Source: Stylophora pistillata
Taxonomy: Eukaryota
Direction of reading: 5' to 3'
Length of the DNA stretch: 63,858 nt
Assembly (NCBI RefSeq): GCF_002571385.2
Contig: NW_019217971.1
Location: 389,050-452,907, forward strand
Each line of letters starts with the position of its first letter. Position 1 is the first letter of the stretch. A program made the position numbers and the translations under genes. Positions 52,029 through 63,858 of the stretch are shown piece by piece. The notes under the pieces were generated by a model. The model made no database searches. It was not told the origin of the DNA and worked only from the letters and a program-made list of their open reading frames with translations.

Positions 52029-53713
52029 TTGAACTTCCTACATGTCCATTGAACGTAAAGTATGCTGTGAACTTTGCAGTGTTATTTGCAGTTTTCGTTG
52101 GTTATTGCATGTAAATCAATTTTCGATAGTACTTTTAATGCAGTCTTAAGGATATTGATTTTAATCAATTTTGAAGTCTTCTTTACTTAAAGGAAAATCT
52201 TAAGAACATTTACAAGAACACTTATATTTGTGAAGAGAAAATACACAAGACAATTTCTTCCATAATTATGAACAAACAGTCAAAATAAGTTAGACACCTT
52301 TTACAAGTGCTGCTGTATAGTTCCACGTGATAAAAAGAAGAGCCTTCTAAAAATAACTTGATTACCTGTTTCCTGGTGGAAGCGGAGGTCTTGTTGCCAC
52401 ACCAGGTGTTAGCGACATTCCTTGATCTCCACCCTCTGGGGTACTACTGAGAGGACCAAACATTCTTCCTGCAATATCAAAGGGGCCTGGGGAGGGAAGG
52501 CCAGGGTAGATATTTGGCTAAATTGAGGAAAGCTAAGAGTGCACATGTTATTAATAAATGCTAATCTTTGTTTCAGTAATGAGCTCTTGGTGTTTAAGAC
52601 TGTTTACCCAAACATTATATGTAGCTGGTTGGAATGATTGGCTAAATGATCTCAATAAAGAAAAGTAACACAAGAAAAGAGAAAAAACTCAAACAAGAAA
52701 ATACTAATGATAAAAAAAAAATGCAAATCAAACAAATCAAACAGACAAACCAAAAAATCCATTAATTATGACCAAGACAGTTCAAAAAACAAATCAGAGT
52801 AAACAGAAACCTATAAAGTAATTTAAAGTAACTTGAAATTTTGACCAAAAATACCTAATGTTTCCCTCTACTGAATGGAGAAGCCAAGTTTCTATTAATA
52901 AACCTTTTTACATTTGGTCTCAAAAAGTGGCTGCATGAGCAAATGTTCAGACAGAAAATATTCTAGTTCAAAGATAATAGCAAACAATGGATGATGAACA
53001 AGCTCCTTCAGTTCGAGTCAACTCCTAAGGGCCAAGGAGAAGATTTTCCTACAACAGCAGTGTTTTCACAACTTTTGAAAGTAGAAGTTTCACTGAATGG
53101 AGTAGGAGTTGCAAGGCCCAAAGGGTCTTGCCTCCTAGGGGGGGTCTAGGGACATGCCCACCCCAGAAAATTTTGATATTCAAGACTCTCTGAGACTCAT
53201 TTTACAGTATTTTGAGACACAAATTAGCAGATTTTAGACATCCAGAACACTGGTAAATCTAGATGCTTTTAATAACTCTGTCACAACATTGCATCTCTTT
53301 GGTTCAATAAAGTAACTTTGAAATAGCAAAGTTAAATTGAATTTTTAATAATGGATCAAATGAAACTCTACATAGCTAATGCTTGGTTTATTGTTTATAA
53401 ATGTCCCTTTAGCTCATTGCTGTATCTTGTACAGCCTAGACAGATGTGCATTTTTTTCTGGGCTTTAAAGCTTGAAACAGGCTAAACAACGTAATTGTCT
53501 CAAACTATGGCTATTAATTACAATTTTTGACAGTTGTCTTACATATCCATCACAGTACACTGCTCATTTTTAATTTTCCAAAACAATAACAACTAAGAGA
53601 ATCCAACATTTCATGAATTATTGCAAAAGTACACGTTTACACACAATTTGTGTTTGATTTGTGTTAATGATCTACAAAGCATGGTAATTCTTCATCTTCT
53701 TACAAAAAGTCTT

Positions 53714-54058
53714 TTAGTCAGAAAAGTAGTCTTGATTATTGTCATCATTCCCCCATCCACTGTCATCTGCCTCACTGTCAGATTCATCATGGTCTTCATC
53801 TAGGCAGAAAACTTTTGCTACCACTTCTTGTTGTTTTTCCTCAAGTTGAACTAGCTCCTCTTCCATTTGTGTACCAGCATCTGCTTGAGTAATTTCCAAG
53901 GAAAACTCCAAGGGTTTTTTCTCACAAAGTCTTTTGTGGACACCTTCCCCTTTTATCAAAACCTTTATTCATTTTATTATCTTCCCAACACAAAGTAGGC
54001 GTCGCAAATCACAAAGTTGCCGTTGGATGCGACAGCCGATGGTTGATTTTGAAAACAC
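53714..54058 (-). pseudogene. Decayed terminal exon of an unknown, possibly transposon-derived gene
   Basis: Acceptor at ~54059. Cys-containing then acidic peptide ending ..QDYFSD*, with an internal stop. Confidence 0.25.
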
Positions 54059-54467
54059 TGAACAGAGAAATAAAATAATGTCATGGGAAAAACTCAAAAC
54101 TCATTAATTTATCATCAACACAAAAGGAAAAAGGAAAAGTCATTTTAAATACCATAAATGGTCATAATCTGAAAAAGCCAGTTGTAAATTAGAGGGAAAA
54201 AGTAAAACAAGTATTTTTACTATCATGATCTTCCAGCTGCTATACACATTTTTGCATTGCACAGCTATAAATAAAGAGTGTGGTATTGCATGTTATATCA
54301 GAAAACACCCTCTGACTAATTGGCTAATAATAAATAGGAGCTTTTTCTAACCAACTATTTTATGGATAATGTTCTGATATTGCAAAAGAAGGTTGCTTAT
54401 TGATCAACCCAAGAAAATGAAGGATAGACTAAACTTTTCATAAAGACTGGCTGGATCGAGGTTTAAA

Positions 54468-55075
54468 CTGCCTCCCAGTTAGCTTAATAGATAGAGCGCT
54501 GGACTGTTGTATGGGAGGTCAAGGGTTCGAGCCCCGGCCGGACCACCACTCAAGGTCTAAAAATAAGTGAGAAGAATCTGCTACCTTTCTATAACATCCA
54601 GAAATGGTTAGATACCCTAGTCTTCTCGGATAGGGATGAATAAATGGAGGTCCTGTCTCCTGCAGGGTTAGGGGTGTTGAGAAATGGACTACATGACTGT
54701 CATGCTGTGGAAGTGAACTTTGTTCCTTTTGTTCTCGTTACCCATTGATTAGCTGTAATCACGTGATGTAAGATTAGGATTTAAGAAAAAATAACCATGG
54801 GTGAGGCGACGTGTGATTGAGCGAGTTTTGGTTTTGGGACACTAAAAATAGTTAAGTGAGTCGAATCTGTGGGTCATTTTAATGTGAATATTATCGGGAA
54901 AATCTCTGTGTTAGAAGCAATCGAAACATTCCTGACAGGGGTAGGAGACGTTAATTTCTCACGCATGAGATTACTGTGTGATAGATGTCCTCCCCTGGGG
55001 TGGGATGGGGTGGGATTTTGCTCTGAAAAGCCCCCATGAGGAGTGGTCAATTAACATATGTATGTATGTATGTAA
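54468..55075 (+). mobile_element. tRNA-derived SINE with internal insertion and (TATG)n tail
   Basis: Same head and body as 23572-23820. Body resumes at ~54938. Confidence 0.75.
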
Positions 55076-57869
55076 TGTCATAACCAGTACCCATATTTGC
55101 TGGATGAAAGCAATGTACCTCTTAATGAGGACTGCCAAGCCAATGACTTTCTTACAGATTTGCCACCTTAATACTCTGGTTCAAGGTATATACTACGTGA
55201 GGTACACCCACAAATGTGCACCCATTGTGTACTGAGACCTTCAAAGAAGCAGAAAGGCCAACATTATGACATAAGCATAATGTGATTTTATCTCGAGGCC
55301 TGTCATATATATAGTTGAGTATTTAGGTGTGCCTTTGCATGGGGTAAGGAGTGTTGTCAATCACAGATCTTAAGCCAATCAAATGAGGTCAGATCAAATA
55401 GCACCAAGGTTATAGGCAAGGTCAGTTTCTCTCATGGTCCTTCTCACCTTCATTTCCATCATGTTAACATCCGAACACAGATTTTCAGCACTGTAGAAGA
55501 ATTTTCCAGCCCCCTCCCTACGCTCTGGCCTTCTCTTCAGGCTTTCATTGCCTTTTTATACGTATTTGGCTCTTAGCCGACATTTAACCCCACCTTTGCT
55601 TAAGAGATTGCATGATGTTTATTATATCGATGTTCTTGATGTCAGGTGAAATAAAAGCATCACTATTGTGGCTATTATTATTTTTATCTCCCATTAATAT
55701 CATTAGTAAGCTAGTGTGATGTCACCCAGAGCTTCAGTCCCATTTTAGTAGAGACACACAGGTTTCGTGATAAAACAAAAGCAACAAGTTCAGGGCAAGT
55801 TATGTACATCATGTAGTTTGCATATAAATTCCTATTATAGTTATATGCTTTAATTGTCACTCTTTTTTTATGTAGTTGAGGCAAAGAAAATAGAAACTCC
55901 TTCATGCAGTTTAATTGGAGTACACAAAAACCATAATTACAAACAAAATAAAAAGTACATCATTTACATTTCACTTTAAAATTATCAAAAATGAAACAAA
56001 ACACAACAAAATAATTTTTCTGGTGCATACATTAAAATTATATGTACAAGGTTCACAAACCTTAAGTCTTCTCTCCACAATTGAAATGTGCAGTCCATCA
56101 TCAGGAATAATAATTTGTTCTAAAAGGAATTTCACAAAATGAATAATTTGTCATTAGAGTGACAGTGAATGCAGTAAATGCATGAACAAAATAGTTCATT
56201 CCTTCACTTGTCCCTGTCATTCTCAGGTAATTATAATTACTTTCATTCTACTGCACAAAACATCTCAAGTCAGTTGTATGTAATATTTGAATTGACTGTA
56301 ATCACAATTTATTAGTGATCGTTTGAATTCTGGGGTGTCATTATGTTTCAAGGATTTGGAGGAAAGTCTGTGATATATAAAATTGAAATAAAGTGGTGAT
56401 CTATTGAATGAAAAAGTGCCAGATTATAATAGCAGAGCAGTACCTTGTGAAGCCTATCCTGATTGAGTGTCTGCTGCAGTTCATCTTCAAACTCTTCAAC
56501 TGTCAATGGATACAGCATCATACTCAGCTGCAAAGTGGTCGGTGATATCATTAATAAAGGATTATGTGTCACTCGTACTCAACGATCTCCATTTGGTGGA
56601 CTGGGTCTGTCCCAGTAAGGGCTAAGAGTATATACCGTTATTTAAAGACATGATACAATTATGGCACTCTTAACTTATTTATCTGCTAGGCAGGGTCCAG
56701 GGACAATGGGTACTTTGAGTATGGTTTAAAATTTTGGTCTCCTAGAGTGCATTTCTTGCATTCTAGAACTAGAGTAAATCCTGAGTTTGATGCTTGTGTT
56801 CCGTGTAAAATTTATCTTATGCAGTGCAAAAAAATTAAAATAAGCTCTCAATCAGCAAAGGGAGGGAAATTAGGTGAAATAAATGGCAAGTTCAGCTGCC
56901 TCCCAGCTCTTATTGAAAACCCTGTTGTCCAGACTAACTACACTGCAAAATGTTTAATTTTAAGCTGATACCTTATTAATAAAATTTGGTGTAGTTTTTG
57001 GCCAATCTGGGTTTCTTCAATAAATCTACTATTCCAGACGCTAAAAAGTAAATCCAAACTTGTATTAGCAGTGTAACAATGCATATATGATTGTAACAAA
57101 AATTATTACAAAAAAGAATGTGCATTTTTCATGCAACTTGATACTTTATCATGAAAAATTTTACAAAAGACTGTTATTCACCATCTGGTTGTTGCTCCAA
57201 AATTCCTGGCACAAAGTCATCACCACTCCAGAACACAACACATTGGCTTCACCAGGTCTCAAACTACAATCTCTTGACCTAGAGCCCAGTGCCCTAATCA
57301 GTACACCACTGCATTTTCATACACTTCCAAAAGTAATGACTATAAACACAAAATGTTTCATCGATACTACAAATTGTTACATCGCTCGCAATGTCTGTGG
57401 TTGAGATAAAACGAATCCTATGTTCTGATTGGTTACCTCAGCAGGTAAGATGGGACCATCTTGCCCTCTCAGAATTGGCTGCATTGATCCTATACATAAA
57501 AAAAATTTAATTAGAACTTACGGTTGTAATTCTTGGACAATTTCAGTGATGAAAATGCAAAAAGTGGCAGAAGATCAAGATAGTTAAACCAACAAAAAAC
57601 AGAAATGACTTTTGTGAGTTTGTTGTGCTATAAACACAGTTGGCTTTCTTCCCTGGTAATTGAAGTAAACAACTCATTCTTTTAAATAAAGCAAAATCTT
57701 TTTGTAATATAATAAATTCTTTATTAAGTAAGTAATAGTAATAGTATTATAGTTTATTTCTGATCACTTGCAGCCATGAGGCTGAATTACGGGTACTGCA
57801 GTAAGGTTGAGAACAGACATCAGAATCTCGGGCGCCTCTGGCAGCCGCTTCAGTCCATATCGATCTCAC

Positions 57870-58150
57870 CTTCCCACCCATCCCACCCAGGGGAGGACAT
57901 CCATCACACAGTAATCTCGTGTGTGGGAAATTAACGTCTCCTACCCCTAACCCTGCAGGAGACAGGACCTCCATTTATTTGTCCCTATCCGAGAAGACTA
58001 GAATATCTAACCATTTCTTGATGTTATAGAAAGGTAGCAAATTCTTCTCAATTATTTTAAGACCTTGAGTGTTGGTCTGGCCAGGGCTCAAACCCTCTAC
58101 CTCCCCCACAACAATCCAGCGCACTATCCATTGGGCTAACTGGGCGGCGG
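57870..58150 (-). mobile_element. tRNA-derived SINE
   Basis: Reverse-complement copy of the 54468 family. Confidence 0.75.
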
Positions 58151-58319
58151 TTGAACTAAGCTTGTGCAGTCAAGATGGCTGAATGTTAGTCTCTTTGTTT
58201 TGATCACATTTCATATTTTTATGGACCTCAACTTTGTCTCAATCCATAAAAATGCAAGAAAAAACTCAGCATACATCCAGCCTTCTTGACCTCACAAATG
58301 GTTAATAACATACTTATAG

Positions 58320-58480
58320 TATGTATGATGCACGATACTTCGCAGTAGATAGCGCTACTTATGCAATAGCGAAAATCAGACCTGAAAAAAATCAGGCCTG
58401 TACGGGATTCGAACCACTGACCTCTGCGATACTAGTGCAGTGCTCTACCAATTGAGCTAACAAGCCAACTGGGAGCAGGC
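58320..58480 (-). mobile_element. tRNA-like repeat (second SINE family)
   Basis: Minus strand TTAGCTCAATTGGTAGAGCACTGCACTAGTATCGCAGAGGTCAGTGGTTCGAATCCCGTACAGGC. Its tail matches ~10937-10960. Confidence 0.6.
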
Positions 58481-59214
58481 CGTAGTTGTCATAATATCAA
58501 CATTTACAATAATCTGCAAAACAAGATGTCTGTACTATTTTAAAGAAATTGCTGGTATCACCAGGTGACCAGAAATTTTATAGCATGTAATGAATAATAT
58601 AAATATTGCTTGGAACAGTTTAAATATTTTTAAAAACTAGACAAACACAATCAGAAGAAAAAAACAGGAAATAATAAAAATTTAGACGCTGTATTTGTTG
58701 TTTTCTAAATATGACGACCAAGAAGCATGCAAGGAGGCAAATACTGCTGCAAAGGTTTTTTGCATTTCCTTATGCGAAAAAGTTGATTAATTCTAAAATA
58801 AAGGTCGCAATAACCTTACCGAGTAACAAATTATGACCTCAACTAAAAGTTAGCTTGTGTTACAGTAACACAAGCTCACAGACTGTAAGGCAAAACGGCA
58901 ACAAACTTACATAAACTTGTGGTAGAGATATACCAATCTGAATAACCGACTTGAAAACGAGATGAAATGGAAAAATAGGTTTGGACTGGGATCCTGATTT
59001 CCATCGATTCGGATGAACAGGAATGAGACGATTGTTTTTGAAGGATTCCGGACAATTTTCTTCCTGTTCTTCCTCTGGGTAAAGCGTTCATGTTAGGTCC
59101 ATATTATGTCCCAATAACTAATACATATCAGTACTAAGTATTATAAATTTCATGTATGTTGCACGATGTGTCCTATGTAACCTTATTCTATCCGTTACCT
59201 TTATTCTATCTCAC

Positions 59215-60846
59215 TAACCCCCATCTACCCTAATTTACCCATGATTTACTACACTTACCCCCCTATACCCTTGATTAACCATGTTCTACCGCGTTAACCC
59301 TCATCTACCTTAGTTAAACCATGTTCTACCACGTTCACCCTCATCTACCCGAGGTAACCCATGTTCTATCACGTTTACCCCCATTTACCCTAGGTTAGCC
59401 ATATTCTACCACGTTTACCCCCATCTACCCTTAGTTAACCATTTTCTACCACTTTGACCCTCATCTACCCTAGGTAACCAATGTTCCACCACGTTCACCC
59501 TCATCTACCCTAGGTAACCCATGTTCTACCACGTTTACCCCCATCTATCCTCATTTACTCATGTTCTACCCAGTTTACCCCCCATCTACCCTAGGTAACC
59601 CATGTTCTACCACGTTTACCCCCATCTACCCTCATTTACTCATGTTCTACCCAGTTTACTCCCATCTACCCCTGACCAATCATGTTCTACCACGTTCACC
59701 CTCATCTACCCTGGGTTACCCATGTTCTATCACGTTCACCCTCATCTACCCTAGGTTAGCCATGTTCTACCACGTTCACCCCCATCTTCCCTCATTTACT
59801 CATGTTCTACCCAGTTTACCCCCATCTACCCTTGATTAACTATGTTCTACCACGTTCCCACTCATCTACTTTAGGTTAGCCATGTTCTATCACGTTTACC
59901 GCTATCTACCCTCATTTACTCATGTTCTACCCACTTTACCATGAAAGGCGTCAAGTTTTCACCGCAGGGTGAAAATAGTTGATTTCAAAAAATAGTAACT
60001 CTTCTTATCTTACTACTTTGCAAAATGAATAAAAATCCTTGTCATTAATTGGAGATTATTCCAAAATCCTCGTGAAAGTTATCTTTAATTTATTAGAAAA
60101 TATATCTGCATTATTCTTTTAATTTCGTTACATCTCGCCTGGTTTCGTTTCGTTTCGTTTTGCAAAATATTGTACTAGTAANNNNNNNNNNNNNNNNNNN
60201 NNNNNNNNNNNNNNNNNNNNNNNNNNNNNNNNNNNNNNNNNNNNNNNNNNNNNNNNNNNNNNNNNNNNNNNNNNNNNNNNNNNNNNNNNNNNNNNNNNNN
60301 NNNNNNNNNNNTAGAACATTGGTTACCCTCATCTACCCTAGGTACCCATGTTCTACCACGTTTACCTCCATCTACCCTTGGTTAACCATGTTCTACCACG
60401 TTCACCCTCATCTACCCTAGGTAACCCATGTTCTACCACGTTTACCCCCATCTATCCTCATTTACTCATGTTCTACCCAGTTTACCCCCCATCTACCCTA
60501 GGTAACCCATGTTCTACCACGTTTACCCCCATCTACCCTCATTTACTCATGTTCTACCCAGTTTACTCCCATCTACCCCTGACCAATCATGTTCTACCAC
60601 GTTCACCCTCATCTACCCTGGGTTACCCATGTTCTATCACGTTCACCCTCATCTACCCTAGGTTAGCCATGTTCTACCACGTTCACCCCCATCTTCCCTC
60701 ATTTACTCATGTTCTACCCAGTTTACCCCCATCTACCCTTGATTAACTATGTTCTACCACGTTCCCACTCATCTACTTTAGGTTAGCCATGTTCTATCAC
60801 GTTTACCGCTATCTACCCTCATTTACTCATGTTCTACCCACTTTAC
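59215..60846 (+). repeat. 40-bp satellite (CATGTTCTACCACGTTYACCCTCATCTACCCTAGGTAACC), two blocks split by a unique segment and an N gap
   Basis: Clear 40-bp periodicity. Confidence 0.95.
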
Positions 60847-62469
60847 CATGAAAGGCGTCAAGTTTTCACCGCAGGGTGAAAATAGTTGATTTCAAAAAAT
60901 AGTAACTCTTCTTATCTTACTACTTTGCAAAATGAATAAAAATCCTTGTCATTAATTGGAGATTATTCCAAAATCCTCGTGAAAGTTATCTTTAATTTAT
61001 TAGAAAATATATCTGCATTATTCTTTTAATTTCGTTACATCTCGCCTGGTTTCGTTTTGTTTCGTTTCGCAAAATATTGTACTAATAAGCCGTCGATTTG
61101 TTGTTCAATACGGCTGTAAATCCATGGGTTCTTTTGTAACAATTACAAAAATTTACCAGAACATACAGTACCGCCTGAGAAATGATCGATCTGGTTTACA
61201 GTTCTGATTGGTGGCGAAATGCCCTCTGTAAAAAAGAAAAACAGATCTGGCCGGCTTTTAATAGTGACCCGTAGTTAAATATTTTTGTTGTATTAGGTCA
61301 TACTTTTAGGTGATTGGATTTTTCCTAAGAGATATCACTCCAAACCTTCTTCCATTGACTTCAGTTAGAAACAGTAACTTAAATAATAAAAACTTGCATT
61401 GCTTTACTTTGTAACTTTACTTAGTCGTGATACCAGGGGCGTTTCTTTCTTGGGGACTTTTGTTATCGTTAAGAATCCCGTCACCCTTCCCGAGGTTTCT
61501 TATCTAAACTTTTGCGAAATGCACTTTAGTTGGGGATCTTTTTCCCTGAAAAAATAATTAATCAATTCTTTTGTAAGTGCGTTATCAATCGAATTTCTTG
61601 TCCCTTATATTGTCTATCAAATCCCCAATGACCTGAAACTTATTACACTCAAGGCAAATTATTACTTCAAGAACTTTTTACAAGATAAAACGATAAACTA
61701 GCGATGTTGCACTGAAGAGAGAGAAGCAACGGAGATGTACAGGGTGAAAAAGATAGCATTAAGTCTACGGGAACAGCACGCATAAAGTACAGCTTTAGAA
61801 GGGTTGCTCATAGCTCTTATCTTCTCTTCCATTCAGAGGAAAATAAAAGAAAATGTAAAGGGATTTTCAATCTACTTTGGAAGCGCTACTTAACACTTCT
61901 TTTCCCAATTTTCAAAAGTTAAACAAGTTTAAGGGGTGCGAGGGGGTCATTCTTAAGATTGTAACTGAGCCGAACGCAGGCGATATAGGCATCGTAGCGG
62001 AAAAAGAATCGAGCTGTACACTTATTATGTTAGTCCGAATTGAGACGAGCGTACACTGATTTTTTTTTTTTTTTTTGTGCGCCAACTTGGCAGCTATCTG
62101 TGCAGCTTGTCCAGATAAAAGATTAAAGGGCTCTTGTCACGATGATTTCGACCTAATTACAAAAGTGTATAATAAGGAAATGTTTTCCGCAGATAGCTCA
62201 ACATCACTTAGATTTATAACTTTTATTACACTTGTAAACGAAAACGAATAACAATTTGTCCATGTTCCACGTATTTGCAGAGTTCCTGTCGACGATAGGA
62301 ATTCTGATCCCCTCAGCCTCTTCTAGATTCCAAGTGATCGCCTTTATAGGCCGTCAACTTGTTCTTCAATACGCCTCTTAATCCGTGTTTTTTTTTTTTG
62401 GCTTCGATGAGTAATAAGCCATCATTCCTACGAGGTGTAACACGGCTTGAAACTAAGGAAAATGGAATG

Positions 62470-63433
62470 AACGTGGAAAAACATGGGTTACCTAGGATAT
62501 ATAAGGGTTAACGTGGTAGAACATCGCTAATCTAGGGTAAATGGGGATAAACGTGGTAGAACATGGCTCACTAAGGATAGATGAGGGCTAACGTGGAAGA
62601 AAATAACTAAACTAGGGTAGATGAGGGTTAACGTGGTAGAACGTGGTCAATCAAGGGTTGATGGGAGTAAACGTGGTACAGAATGGCTTACCTAGGGTAT
62701 AGGGGGGTAGAACATGACTAACCAAGGGTAGATGGGGGTAAACGGGGTAGAACATGGGTTACCTAGGATAGATGGGGGTAAACGGAGGTAGAAAATGGGT
62801 TAACTAGCGTAGATGAGGGTGACCGTGGTAGAATATGGGTTACCTGAGGTAGATAAGGGTGAACATGTTGAAACATGGCTAACCAAGGATAGATGAGGGT
62901 AAACGTGGTAGAAAATGGGTTACCTAGTGTAGATGGGGTTTAACGTAGTAGAATATGGATTACCTAGGGTAGATGAGGGTGAACGTGGTATAACATGGCT
63001 AACCAAGGTTAGATTGTGGCAATAGTGGTAGAACATGGGTAACCTACGGTAGATGAGGGTGAACGTGGTGGAACATGGCTAACCAAAGGTAGATGAGGGT
63101 AGACGTGGTAGAACATTGGTTACCTAGGGTAGACGAGGGTAAACGTGATAGAACATGGCTTAACCAGGATAGATGAGGGTAAACGTGGTAGAACATGGCT
63201 AACCTAGGGTAGATGGGGGTGAACGGGGTAGAACATGGGTTACCTAGGGTAGATGAGGATGAACGTGGTAGAACATGGCTAACCAAGGTTAGATTGTGGC
63301 AATCGTGGTAGAACATGGGTAACCTACGGTAGATGAGGTTGAACGTGGTAGAACATGGCTAACCAAAGGTAGATGAGGGTAGACGAGGGTAAACGTGATA
63401 GAACATGGGTTAACCAGGGGAGATGAGGGTAAA
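62470..63433 (-). repeat. Same 40-bp satellite in inverted orientation
   Basis: GGTTACCTAGGGTAGATGAGGGTRAACGTGGTAGAACATG units. Confidence 0.95.
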
Positions 63434-63487
63434 TTGTGCATGACATTGCAATATTTTTTGTTATAATTCTAGAATTACATCTTCAGA

Positions 63488-63645
63488 AACTATTTCCTAT
63501 GATAACCTTTTATCATACACACAGGATTTGCATCATAAATTTCCTTTAAGTCGCGCCATCACACCTAACTATTTCCTATGATAACCAAATTATTATACAC
63601 ACAGGATTTGCATCATAAATTTCTTTAGAATGATCACACCTAACT
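63488..63645. repeat. ~80-bp direct duplication
   Basis: Two copies of AACTATTTCCTATGATAACC..ATACACACAGGATTTGCATCATAAATTTC. Confidence 0.85.
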
Positions 63646-63858
63646 TCCAAAATTTTAGAGAATTTCCTGCTATTGTTCGATTCCTTATAAAAGAAGTACA
63701 GTTAGTTAGTTTAACTCAGTAGTTCAGAGTGTCAAGACCAGCACTTACAAGCTCAGAACCTTTTGGTCACAAAAAAGTAACTCCAGTACATGTAACCTCA
63801 AGTTAGTGACCTATTTTACTGAGGATTTGCTTGCAATCACCCTTTCTTTTTATCAGTA

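Larger units (their letters stand above)
30750..57240 (-). pseudogene. NPHP4: Nephrocystin-4-like gene, disrupted and partial
   Basis: Ordered exons: SGDDFVPGIL (~57200), MLYPLTVEEFEDEL (~56500), KVSVHNGCTFVGVPHVV (~55210), TRVAYARLSSAGFP..NEIVIQFLALSR (38212-38404), KIKAKQMAECDAEL (37730-37865), RKLERMQAVR (~37180), RDLKTIQLYR (~36640), GRAEFFEFVLRNPY (36008-36176), VITDTREWRHFK (~34780), QVFLRPRETVHLPFKFQTF (~34050), VHVRCSDVNAVCE (~31640), [16 protein letters not shown] (~31200), PCQTWQLYVHSLQR (30750-30808). In-frame TAG at 38295-38297, a 6.4-kb insertion in one exon, and missing exons. Confidence 0.85.

Noticed and set aside
58395-58468. Functional tRNA-Thr(AGT)
   Set aside because: Imperfect stems, and it is embedded in a repeat whose tail recurs at ~10940. 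A SINE head is more likely.
59430-61085. Near-identical ~750-bp duplication on either side of the N gap at 60182-60311
   Set aside because: Identity plus position across a gap points to overlapping contig ends, i.e. an assembly artefact.
59215-63433. 40-bp repeats as a CRISPR array or coding ORFs
   Set aside because: No unique spacers, no cas genes, eukaryotic context. The ORFs are translation by-products of the satellite.

Overview
AT-rich, intron-containing animal genomic DNA. The repeat families suggest a stony coral or other anthozoan (inference). Host genes: a 5-exon minus-strand gene for a 216-aa acidic repeat protein (2179-4810), a decayed partial NPHP4 copy scattered over ~30.7-57.2 kb (minus strand), and an intact intronless 577-aa GREB1/TAGT-like glycosyltransferase ORF (50295-52028) antisense within it. 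The rest is mostly mobile DNA: MITEs, Harbinger, ISL2EU, Ginger and Mutator-like elements, LINE and Penelope remnants with hammerhead-like motifs, tRNA-derived SINEs and satellites. The most notable feature is an apparently intact Merlin (IS1595-family) transposon at 39645-43063, with 437-bp TIRs and an 8-bp TSD. It carries two divergent intronless genes, a transposase and a Zn-finger/coiled-coil/CCDC106-like protein. They share a CCAAT-rich spacer, and each ends in an identical histone-mRNA-type 3' stem-loop, so the element is built like an H2A/H2B histone gene pair. All family assignments are from recalled motifs, not database searches.
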